Source: Candidatus Woesearchaeota archaeon B3_Woes (GTDB taxonomy: Archaea; Nanobdellota; Nanobdellia; Woesearchaeales; B3-WOES). Taken from it: a DNA stretch of 64,000 nucleotides. The translations under genes were made by a program, and so were the position numbers. This document shows, in pieces, positions 29,502 through 38,295 of the stretch. Positions within the stretch are counted from its first letter, which is position 1, and the number at the start of each line of letters is the position of its first letter. The stretch is taken from NCBI GenBank assembly GCA_005222965.1, contig NJBG01000001.1, positions 613,533-677,532 on the forward strand. The letters are read 5' to 3'. Under the pieces are notes generated by a model. The model was not told where the DNA came from. It made no database searches and saw nothing but the letters and a program-made list of their open reading frames with translations.

Positions 29502-31793
29502 TTATTTTCCTTTTTTGATGTTCTGCTTTTTGATATTTCTTTTAAGCCATTCATTCCATTCAAAAAAGATTCTTTTACTGTCTAAAGAACCAACCTCATC
29601 TTTTACCCTGTTAGACACCTTATGAAATTCATCATTACATTGTATAACAAATTCTGCTTCTAGCAAATGAGGCATTTTGACTTTTTTAGCAGTCTTGACT
29701 AATGTTTCTTTTAGTTTTGTTCTTAATAATATATTATCCCAGACAACATCCCAATTACCAGCCCATTCTGGCACATTACCTGCTATTAATTTTATAACAT
29801 CAGAATCACCATTCAACAAATCAGATGACGGTTCTAATTCATCTGTTTGTGGATTATATTTCATTAAATCAACAAAACCCTTTTCTAATAATGGATCCGA
29901 TTCCCAATGTTTTCTTACCTCTGTAATTTGAGTTACTCTTCTAACTCTATGAAGGCCATCAGCAGATCTAATTGGGTTAGTGATTATAACCAAATCAGTT
30001 GCCTTAAAGCTCGTTTTAGGAACACCCAAATCATTTACAACCCTATCATAGACACCATAAGGAGAATCAGCATGAATTGTACCTGCTACAACATTTGCAG
30101 AAGCACCAACCCTCATAGCTTCATAAAGTGCTTTAGCTTCAGTGCTTCTAACCTCTCCTATAATCAAAGCAGAATCGCCCATTCTTAATGTTGTTCTTAT
30201 ACCCTCATCAGCAGGAACCTCTGTTGTTGACTTTGATAATGCTGCAGCAACTTTCAATTGTTGGATATTATAATCCATCTTTCTTAATGGACCGACAGGC
30301 AGCTCTAATGTATCTTCAATTGTTATAATTCTGTATTTTCTCATTATCTCTACCAATAAAGATCCAAGAAAAGATGATTTTCCAGCACTTCTTGTTCCTG
30401 CAACAAGCAAGGCCTTTGACCCATCTATTACAAAAGAAAGAAGACCTGCTGCCAAAGAATTAATCATTCTGTTTTCTATAAACAAAGGCAGCGTCCAAGG
30501 TTTGTCCCTGTGCCTTCTAAAAGCATAAGCCAACCCAGAGGGATTTAAAGGGGGCGAAATAACCGCAATTCTAGCTCTCGCCCCAGGGATTGATAATTCT
30601 GTATCAAGTATTGGATTAGCCTCATCTAAAGGCCGGCCAGATATCATTCTTAACTTAGATGCCCAAGACTCTGCTTCTGCAACAGTAGGAATTATATTTG
30701 TTTTACAATCTCCAAATTCACCATGAATAAGAAACATCGGTGTTCTGCCCATAGGAGAATTAATAGTAATATCCTGAACCTGCTCATCATTCAACAACAA
30801 TTCAATAAGACCAAAACCAACAGTATACCTAACCAATATATTTGTTAATTCATCAACTTCTTTTGACCTTAATCTTATCCCCTTATGTTCAACCAACTCT
30901 TCTATCAAATCATGACCAACCTTATAAAAAACATCCCTCATTCTTTCAGGATCAACAAATTCTGATTTTTTAGGCTTATGCTCAGCCATGACCTTTCTTG
31001 CAGTATCCAATATGCCATATTTCTCTTCTGTTAACTTAAACTCAGGAGGGATTATATGATATAAATTCTGAACAGAATTTGGTAGTGAAAAAATTGTTAC
31101 TTCTGTATTTCCAACAGAATAAGCTCCTATCTCTTCTCCCCCTTCTGGATAAGAAGACATAAGTTTTGTAAACATAAAATCTGGCTTTACAGTCGATAAG
31201 ATTATCTTCCCATATAATGATCTGTCTCCAACCCTATAACCAATCAAATCCTCTTTTGTCATTGAGATAATCTTTGTTTTTTCCAGTAAACCAAGAACAT
31301 AGTTTAATATGGAAATATATTTTTCAGTTGCAAGAAGGTCTTTTTTATTAGTTCGTTTTTGTGCTTTTATTTTTTCATGCCTTAAAAGCCTCTTTGTTTC
31401 AACATATGCCCCTAACGGATCAGATTTAAGCACCCTAAACAAAACATTTTGCAGATCTGAATATCTTTTTGCAGAATCTGTGCCCCCCATACTAGTTACT
31501 TCATAATAGGATAATATCTTTTGTTTTATAAACTGATTATAGAGTTTAGCTATTTCCAGCAGCATTTTTGCTGTTGAATAATCATATTCATACTCTCTTG
31601 TCTGTACAAAAACAATCTTTGTTACTGTTCCGGTTGCAGCCAAGATATCTATTGCTTTTGCCATTAAAACAGGGTCATCCTCTAAAGAAGGAGTTCTGGT
31701 ATAAGTTTCACAATTAATCTTTAAAGTTATATCTTCCCCTTCTCTTATAACATCATAAGCAAATAGTTCTTTTTCTTTATCAAATAAGACCAT
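29502..31793 (-). CDS. Type II/IV secretion ATPase (TadA/VirB11/ArlI family) with long N-terminal extension
   Basis: Walker A AGTRSAGKS, IITIEDTLEL Asp box, LIIGEVR Walker B, TIHA His box. Confidence 0.92.
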   Translation of the reverse strand: MVLFDKEKELFAYDVIREGEDITLKINCETYTRTPSLEDDPVLMAKAIDILAATGTVTKIVFVQTREYEYDYSTAKMLLEIAKLYNQFIKQKILSYYEVTSMGGTDSAKRYSDLQNVLFRVLKSDPLGAYVETKRLLRHEKIKAQKRTNKKDLLATEKYISILNYVLGLLEKTKIISMTKEDLIGYRVGDRSLYGKIILSTVKPDFMFTKLMSSYPEGGEEIGAYSVGNTEVTIFSLPNSVQNLYHIIPPEFKLTEEKYGILDTARKVMAEHKPKKSEFVDPERMRDVFYKVGHDLIEELVEHKGIRLRSKEVDELTNILVRYTVGFGLIELLLNDEQVQDITINSPMGRTPMFLIHGEFGDCKTNIIPTVAEAESWASKLRMISGRPLDEANPILDTELSIPGARARIAVISPPLNPSGLAYAFRRHRDKPWTLPLFIENRMINSLAAGLLSFVIDGSKALLVAGTRSAGKSSFLGSLLVEIMRKYRIITIEDTLELPVGPLRKMDYNIQQLKVAAALSKSTTEVPADEGIRTTLRMGDSALIIGEVRSTEAKALYEAMRVGASANVVAGTIHADSPYGVYDRVVNDLGVPKTSFKATDLVIITNPIRSADGLHRVRRVTQITEVRKHWESDPLLEKGFVDLMKYNPQTDELEPSSDLLNGDSDVIKLIAGNVPEWAGNWDVVWDNILLRTKLKETLVKTAKKVKMPHLLEAEFVIQCNDEFHKVSNRVKDEVGSLDSKRIFFEWNEWLKRNIKKQNIKKGK

Positions 31794-31794
31794 A

Positions 31795-31947
31795 CTAACC
31801 TCTTTTTTTGTTCTCTTGTTTTAATTTATTCAAAGCTATTTCAATTAAATGCGATTTATTTCTATATTTATTAGAATCTTTTAGCTCTTCATCAATCCAC
31901 TTAGTCAATTTTTCATCAATTGTTGCAGATATTGCTTTTTTCCCCAT
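31795..31947 (-). CDS. Ribbon-helix-helix (CopG-like) regulator, 50 aa, absent from the ORF track
   Basis: MGKKAISATIDEKLTKWIDEELKDSNKYRNKSHLIEIALNKLKQENKKRG; first gene of the ATPase operon. Confidence 0.8.
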   Translation of the reverse strand: MGKKAISATIDEKLTKWIDEELKDSNKYRNKSHLIEIALNKLKQENKKRG

Positions 31948-32223
31948 TTTAAAATTTATTTTTTATCAAATTCATGGAAATCATATAGATTTCCTGACGC
32001 AAAAAATCTTTGATTTTTTAGCGTTTTCATAAAAATTTGGCACGATACAGGTTTTCCCATTTAATTTATATTATAATATATATTTTATAATATCATATAT
32101 TTATAATACTATTTTATATATTTTATAATATAATTAATATATAAATCTTCTGTTTTTTATCAGTTTACCACTTTTGTATGCTAACATAAGTTTATTATAA
32201 CCTCTTCTTTATTACCCATTATT

Positions 32224-32664
32224 ATGACGAATGAAGCAGGATTCAATCTATTTTCACAGCAAAAAAAAGAAAAAGACCCAAAAGGAGCACAAGAAACTCC
32301 GCAACAAGATTATTCTCAGGATTTTATCCAGATTAGCAGAAGGCTCCAGGTAATGGAAGAAGGATTATCCAATCTAAGAAAAAAAATATTAGTTAACGAA
32401 CAAAACGATTTAAGCAGACATAAAAAAATATTATTAGAAGAAAAAACAACATTAGAAGAAATAAAAGATGTAAAAAAAGAAATTGACGCTATAAAAATAA
32501 CAATCAAAGAAGTTATTAGTGAACTAAAAAACAGCGCTAGAAAATCAGATGTTGACGTTTTCAAAAGATATATTGATATGTGGAATCCTGTTAATTTTGT
32601 AACAGAAAACACAGTCGAAAAAATGATTGATGAAAAACTAGGAAAGACTAATGAAGTAGAATAA
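32224..32664 (+). CDS. Hypothetical coiled-coil protein
   Basis: Heptad-rich; ends KRYIDMWNPVNFVT. Confidence 0.8.
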   Translation: MTNEAGFNLFSQQKKEKDPKGAQETPQQDYSQDFIQISRRLQVMEEGLSNLRKKILVNEQNDLSRHKKILLEEKTTLEEIKDVKKEIDAIKITIKEVISELKNSARKSDVDVFKRYIDMWNPVNFVTENTVEKMIDEKLGKTNEVE

Positions 32665-32719
32665 AAAAGAAACCTTTTTATATGCAAAATAACAAGTAAT
32701 ACTCAAAAGAGGTGTATCA

Positions 32720-33433
32720 ATGCCATTATTTAAGAAGAAAGAGGAAAAGGTCCCTCCACAACCAGGACAACCCGGAAACATACAACCACCAGGAGAACTC
32801 GCTCCACCAGAAGGGATGCCTAGTAACACACCAACAGACGCTGTTCTGAATCTACGTCAACAAGGTCTGACAAATAATCAAATTATACAAGAGCTACAAA
32901 GGCAAGGCTATAATTCGCAACAAATATTTGACGCATTAAATATAAATGAACCAACCAATGCACCTGCTGGACCTATTCCAGGCCAACCAGAACAAGCAGG
33001 ACCTCCACAAGGAATGCCTCCACCAGTGCAAGCCCCAGAAGGCATGGCTCCAGAGGGAATGCCTGCTGAAGAACCTTCTATGGATTTTGATGTCAATAAA
33101 GAAAAAATAGAAGAGATGGCCGAAGCCATTATTGACGAAAAGTGGGAAGAGCTTGTAAAAAGCATAAATAAGATTATAGAATGGAAGGAAAAGATGGAAG
33201 CAACCATCCACAAAATTGAACAGGAAATAAAAGATATAAAAGACAACTTTAATCAGATTCACGATTCTCTAATTGGTAAAATACACGAATACGATAAAAA
33301 CATACTAAACGTAGGTACTGAAATAAAAGCAATGGAAAAGGTTTTTGAAAAAGTATTGCCATCCTTCACAGAAAATGTTAGTGAATTAAACAGGATGGTA
33401 AAAGGCAAAAGAAGCACTGTTCCTAAAAAATAA
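32720..33433 (+). CDS. Hypothetical protein: Pro-rich linkers, small helical domain, C-terminal coiled coil
   Basis: GAGGTG RBS; LRQQGLTNNQIIQELQRQGY; EKIEEMAEAIIDEKWEEL. Confidence 0.8.
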   Translation: MPLFKKKEEKVPPQPGQPGNIQPPGELAPPEGMPSNTPTDAVLNLRQQGLTNNQIIQELQRQGYNSQQIFDALNINEPTNAPAGPIPGQPEQAGPPQGMPPPVQAPEGMAPEGMPAEEPSMDFDVNKEKIEEMAEAIIDEKWEELVKSINKIIEWKEKMEATIHKIEQEIKDIKDNFNQIHDSLIGKIHEYDKNILNVGTEIKAMEKVFEKVLPSFTENVSELNRMVKGKRSTVPKK

Positions 33434-33442
33434 GAAGAATTC

Positions 33443-33991
33443 TTAACGCTGTACACTAAGTTTCTGAATAGTAAATGTTGCTATAAATAATATTAATAAC
33501 ATTCCCAAAACACTAGGGTGCCTTAATGTAGCAAAAAAACCACCCAACCCCCCTTTTCCAGCATCCCCTTCTTTAATCATTGATGCTGAATCTTCTGTAT
33601 CTTCATCCCACACTCTTACATTTATAATCGAAAGTATAAATATAAGCAAAAAAATACTTCCTAAGGTCCAGGCTATCCAGTTATATTTACCAGCCATTGC
33701 TTCGGCTATTTCACTATCAGTCGCTCCAAACATTTTTACAGATATCAAAATAAACACCACAAAAATAAAAATTATTACAAACCAAGGAGCAAACAAATTA
33801 ATAATCTCTCTTGATGCATCTGAGAACAGAACAACTAAAGCCAATAACAAAGCAACAAGACTATGTACAAACTTATTATCACCTAGAAATTTTGAATAAC
33901 TCAAAATACCCCAAACAATAACAAGAATAAATAAAAAAGGGAAAATAAGTTCAAATTTATTCAATAAACCCATATCTAAAAAAGTTGCCAT
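33443..33991 (-). CDS. Membrane protein, paralog 3 of a tandem triplet
   Basis: IFPFLFILVIVWGIL; about 5 TM helices. Confidence 0.8.
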   Translation of the reverse strand: MATFLDMGLLNKFELIFPFLFILVIVWGILSYSKFLGDNKFVHSLVALLLALVVLFSDASREIINLFAPWFVIIFIFVVFILISVKMFGATDSEIAEAMAGKYNWIAWTLGSIFLLIFILSIINVRVWDEDTEDSASMIKEGDAGKGGLGGFFATLRHPSVLGMLLILFIATFTIQKLSVQR

Positions 33992-33994
33992 GTT

Positions 33995-34573
33995 CTAATG
34001 TTTTTTGAACATATCTCCAAATTTTTGTACAATATTCTCTCCCTCAGATGGTTTGTCGGATTTAGTTATAAACCATATTATAATTCCAAATACTAATATT
34101 ATAATTATTAGCGACACTGTATCTGATCCAAAAAAGTTATTAAACCAGCCCCATCCATCCCACCATCTTGCTGCTGCACCAAAAATCCATACAACTGCTA
34201 CTACTGCTAGTATTGCAATCATTGCTGATGGTGAACCACCAACCCATTTTGCTTCTCCCCCCCATAACCCTATTAAAATAAACAGCATAACTACTGCAAC
34301 AATAAGAAGGGATATTCCAGGAAGGAAAGCGTTTACTATATTTATAGGATCATAATTCATAGGATAGCTTCCTGTTGAATGTGGAATAACAACAGTTAAT
34401 GACATAACCAATGCTATCACAACATTAAAATTTCTTTTGTCCTCTCCTAAAATTTTTGTTTTTTGCAGAATAGCAAAAATTAAAGTAAAGAATAACAGAA
34501 ATGGTAGTAAAACATCTGTTAATCCCCACGATTCTAATGCTTGTAAAAAATTCTCAAGTCCATAATATGCCAT
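33995..34573 (-). CDS. Membrane protein, paralog 2 of a tandem triplet
   Basis: DVLLPFLLFFTLIFAILQKTKILG; GGAGG RBS. Confidence 0.82.
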   Translation of the reverse strand: MAYYGLENFLQALESWGLTDVLLPFLLFFTLIFAILQKTKILGEDKRNFNVVIALVMSLTVVIPHSTGSYPMNYDPINIVNAFLPGISLLIVAVVMLFILIGLWGGEAKWVGGSPSAMIAILAVVAVVWIFGAAARWWDGWGWFNNFFGSDTVSLIIIILVFGIIIWFITKSDKPSEGENIVQKFGDMFKKH

Positions 34574-34588
34574 TTTAAATCCTCCTTT

Positions 34589-35182
34589 TTATTCTTTTTT
34601 AACTTCAGATATTATTTCTTTTTTAACTGTTTTTGGAGGTTTCCCCCCCTCTACTATATAAAACATAAATGCAATAATAACAATAATCAATACAACAGAA
34701 GAAACGCCGGTTGAAGACCAATTGTTTGTTAACTGTTCCCATCCCCATTCTAACCAAGGTGTTCCATCTTCTCTTTCAATTGCATGTAAAAATATTCCTA
34801 GAATGCCTATAAACATTATCCCCATAAAAAGATATTTCCAACCGCCTTCTAAAAAAGCAGGATCCCCTTCTTTGAAAAAAGATCCAACCAATAATAAAAA
34901 GAAGATTGATAATAGTAATAAAACAACAACTTGTGATGAAACCTTTGTTACAATCTCAACTAATTGGGATGAAGCAACAACCAAAAAAGCAATAGTAAAA
35001 GCAGCCATTGAATTAAGATTCTTTTTAGTTATGGTTTGGCCTTCTACTTCTTCCGTACCAAAAACTTTTGTTTTTTCTAGAATTGCAAAAACAATTGTAA
35101 AAACGAGCAAGAAAGGTAGTATAACATCATAAACACCCAATTTATCTAAAAATTCAATTACATTACCGAATGCAGTCGCCAT
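34589..35182 (-). CDS. Membrane protein, paralog 1 of a tandem triplet
   Basis: DVILPFLLVFTIVFAILEKTKVFG; GAGGT RBS. Confidence 0.82.
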   Translation of the reverse strand: MATAFGNVIEFLDKLGVYDVILPFLLVFTIVFAILEKTKVFGTEEVEGQTITKKNLNSMAAFTIAFLVVASSQLVEIVTKVSSQVVVLLLLSIFFLLLVGSFFKEGDPAFLEGGWKYLFMGIMFIGILGIFLHAIEREDGTPWLEWGWEQLTNNWSSTGVSSVVLIIVIIAFMFYIVEGGKPPKTVKKEIISEVKKE

Positions 35183-35291
35183 TTATAGCTACCTCTTTTT
35201 AATACTACTTTATTATGGAGAATTGTATATAAATCTTTCGTTTTTCTTTTATTAACACCACCCTCTAGAAAATAAAAACTATTTAAATATA

Positions 35292-35945
35292 TTATTTTGC
35301 ATTTTCCATCATATAAACAAAATAATTATATCCATCATATTCTTGATGGGATAAAATCTTAATTTGAGAGAAATGTTTATCCATTAGTTCATGAAAATAA
35401 CCTATATTCCCAATATCTGAAAAGATAATTATTATTTTACCATTATCTTTCAAAAATTGGGGAACATCTCTGAAAAATCTTTTCAAAACACTATTATTAT
35501 AGCTTGTAACTGTTTTTTCAAGAAGATCTTTTGGCTTTATTGAAAAGAAAGGGGGATTAAACACAATAAGGTCATATTTATTAGTTATATTAGAAAATAA
35601 ATCACTCTTAACTATCTCTATTTTATCATGTAAATTATAAAGCTCAAAATTTAATTTCGCATTTTCTAAAGCAAACGAATTAATGTCAGTAGTTGTAATT
35701 CTCTCAGCTTTTTTAGCAATAAAAAAAGATTGAATTCCACAACCAGTTCCCAATTCTAAAGCATCTTTAACATTCAAATTTATTTTATTAATGGTCTTTG
35801 CCAATAATTGAGAATCAAAATAATCTGGATCAAACACTTTTGGAAAAATTATGATTTTTTTACCTAAAACCTTATGAACTTTTAATTTTCTTATAAACTT
35901 TAATTTTCTTATCACGTTAGAAAATCTAATTTTCTCAGAATTCAT
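35292..35945 (-). CDS. Class I SAM methyltransferase (HemK/PrmC-like)
   Basis: LELGTGCG motif I, DLIVFNPPF motif IV. Confidence 0.85.
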   Translation of the reverse strand: MNSEKIRFSNVIRKLKFIRKLKVHKVLGKKIIIFPKVFDPDYFDSQLLAKTINKINLNVKDALELGTGCGIQSFFIAKKAERITTTDINSFALENAKLNFELYNLHDKIEIVKSDLFSNITNKYDLIVFNPPFFSIKPKDLLEKTVTSYNNSVLKRFFRDVPQFLKDNGKIIIIFSDIGNIGYFHELMDKHFSQIKILSHQEYDGYNYFVYMMENAK

Positions 35946-35946
35946 T

Positions 35947-36288
35947 TTACCTCTCAACTACAGAATAATGAAAATTCTTACTTGCAAATTTTTGTTTTAA
36001 GAAATCTAAAACTATTTCATGATCAAAACCCTTACAAGAATATATATCCAAAGCTACAAATTTCTTCTTGGTAAAACTATGAATAGAAATATGAGAAGTA
36101 TCTATAATTATAAATCCTGTAAGACCGGGGTTATTTTCAACACCTTTTATTACATAAGGAGAAGTTAATCTAATTAATGATAATTTATCTGCTAAACTTT
36201 CTAGAAGTTCGTATACAGATGAAATAGAATTAAACATAAGGTTATTGTTACAATCTGCATTTACTATCAAATGTTTTCCATTTTCCAT
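35947..36288 (-). CDS. Pyruvoyl-dependent AdoMetDC (SpeD)-family decarboxylase proenzyme
   Basis: GKHLIV, GLTGFIIIDTSHISIHSF, LDIYSCK. Confidence 0.85.
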   Translation of the reverse strand: MENGKHLIVNADCNNNLMFNSISSVYELLESLADKLSLIRLTSPYVIKGVENNPGLTGFIIIDTSHISIHSFTKKKFVALDIYSCKGFDHEIVLDFLKQKFASKNFHYSVVER

Positions 36289-36289
36289 T

Positions 36290-37426
36290 TTAAACAAGTG
36301 TATTTTCGACAATCCCTTTTACATAATTATAGAAAGGGACAAAAAGAGTATGTGTTTTTGCTGATCCACAATCCTGTAAACCATTAGGATAGATGTCTTT
36401 GGTTCTTTCATAATCTTCCAATTTTCGATCTAATATTCCATTATGAAATACTGCTTGTCTAAATCCCCATACTCTCTGCAAAATGTTTCCTAAAGAATCT
36501 CTTTTTACATTCCCAATTATAATTATCTTTTCAGGAAAACTTTCTCCATCAGGTTCAGTAAAATCACAACTCCCACCATATTGAGTCATCCAAACATTTC
36601 CATTATCTGCAATTTGCAAACCACAAACACCAATACAATATGGCGTTGGTTGGGCATTCCAAAAATCAATTCCTGTTTGTTCAGAACACCAATCAACAAA
36701 TCCAATGATTTTTTCTTTATCTGGAATCCTCAATGCATCCCACACCTTTCCTGTAGCTCTTCCACCTTGTTCTAATCTTGCTATTCCAAAAAAGATGTTG
36801 TTATCCCAAGCATATTCCGCCACATTTTTTATCTCTCCAATATTCTGTGTGTTTATAGAAGTCAATGTAGTAACTAAACTCAGTCTAGTGTATAATCTAC
36901 CATCAATTTCTGTTGGTTGATTATAACCAACTCTTAAAAGATTGTCCAAACCTTGGAATATTTCTTCTGAAGCATGTTTTCTTCCGAGCATTTTATCAAA
37001 AATTTCATTATTAAGAGAATCAAAATGTATTCCAAGACAAACTCCATTATCATACAATCTCTGTGCAATTTCTGGAGTAATCAAAGAAGCGTTTGAATAC
37101 ATAAACGTTTTAAGACCAGATTTAGAAGCTTTTTCAATTAATTGTAATGTTGCAGGATCTAGAAGGGGTTCTCCTTCATGACAAATTTGAAGAGATTTTG
37201 CTCCTAAATCTACAGCTTCTTCTAATAAAGAAATTTTTTCTTCAGGAGTTAGTTTTTCTTCATTTTCTTCTCCTGCATCATAAATGCAATGGGGACAAGC
37301 CATATTACAATCTGGAGATGAAGCTATGGAAACTGCTGGAAGTAAATTTCTACTCCCTTCTTCAGATTGCAAGTATTCCAAAACTCCCCTATCATTAAAC
37401 CATACAAATTCTTTATTTTTCCCCAT
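36290..37426 (-). CDS. Radical SAM protein with SPASM/twitch-like C-terminus
   Basis: CNMACPHC, EGEPLL, SNASLIT; C-terminal CIGVC...GNVW...C...IGNV. Confidence 0.88.
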   Translation of the reverse strand: MGKNKEFVWFNDRGVLEYLQSEEGSRNLLPAVSIASSPDCNMACPHCIYDAGEENEEKLTPEEKISLLEEAVDLGAKSLQICHEGEPLLDPATLQLIEKASKSGLKTFMYSNASLITPEIAQRLYDNGVCLGIHFDSLNNEIFDKMLGRKHASEEIFQGLDNLLRVGYNQPTEIDGRLYTRLSLVTTLTSINTQNIGEIKNVAEYAWDNNIFFGIARLEQGGRATGKVWDALRIPDKEKIIGFVDWCSEQTGIDFWNAQPTPYCIGVCGLQIADNGNVWMTQYGGSCDFTEPDGESFPEKIIIIGNVKRDSLGNILQRVWGFRQAVFHNGILDRKLEDYERTKDIYPNGLQDCGSAKTHTLFVPFYNYVKGIVENTLV

Positions 37427-37467
37427 CTTATAATAAAGAAACAATGAAAACTTTAAATAATTTTGTC

Positions 37468-37481
37468 GTAGTTAAAACTAC
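37468..37481. promoter_or_regulatory. Inverted repeat between divergent TATA boxes; putative TrmB operator
   Basis: GTAGTT-AA-AACTAC flanked by TTTAAA (37452) and TTTATAAA (37488). Confidence 0.6.
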
Positions 37482-37517
37482 AAAAAATTTATAAACAACA
37501 AAACAATTCTTTTATAT

Positions 37518-38246
37518 ATGTATGACGAACTAAAAGAAATAGGATTAACAGACAATGAAGTAAAAATTTATATAGCTTTATTAGAGCTGGATACATCAAC
37601 ACCTGCGCAGATATCAAAGAAAATAGGTTTTTCACGTTCTTATGTTTATGACGCTCTTGAAAGACTTCAAGAAAAAGAAATCGCAAACACTATTTTTATC
37701 AAAAATAAAAAACACTACCAACCATTAAACCCCAAACTTTTAATTGAACAAACTAAATCCAAATTAGAAAGAATAGAAAAAATAGTTCCAACCTTAATTA
37801 ATCTAACTAAAAAAAGAAAAGGAAACCTTCATGTTGAATTACATAAAGGGAAATATGTTTATAAAACTCTCTTAAAAGATATTGTAACAAACCTAAAACA
37901 AAACCAAGAGGTTCTTATTTTCGGCATAGATGATGGGGTTTTATCTAACCTCGATTCCCACTATCTAACGTATTTAAATATTTATTTTAATAAATTAGAA
38001 AAAAAGAAAATTAAAGAAAAGATTATTATAAAAAAAGGATCAAAAAAAATAAAAGAAGCTAAAACAACAGAATATAGAATTTTACCAAAAAAATCAATAG
38101 GTAATGTAGCCTATGAAGTTTATGGAGACAAAGTCGCTATTTTTTTATGGGGAAGCCCAAACCACCTCATCTTGATAGAAAATAAAGAAGTAGCTGAGTC
38201 TTATAGGAAACAATTTAATATACTATGGAATCATGCTAAAAAATGA
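37518..38246 (+). CDS. TrmB family transcriptional regulator
   Basis: LKEIGLTDNEVKIYIALL...SRSYVYDALERL; C-terminal VYGDKVAI...FNILW. Confidence 0.88.
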   Translation: MYDELKEIGLTDNEVKIYIALLELDTSTPAQISKKIGFSRSYVYDALERLQEKEIANTIFIKNKKHYQPLNPKLLIEQTKSKLERIEKIVPTLINLTKKRKGNLHVELHKGKYVYKTLLKDIVTNLKQNQEVLIFGIDDGVLSNLDSHYLTYLNIYFNKLEKKKIKEKIIIKKGSKKIKEAKTTEYRILPKKSIGNVAYEVYGDKVAIFLWGSPNHLILIENKEVAESYRKQFNILWNHAKK

Positions 38247-38295
38247 TTATTTCCAAAAAAGTTTATAAATACATTACACAACTTCAAAATATAAA

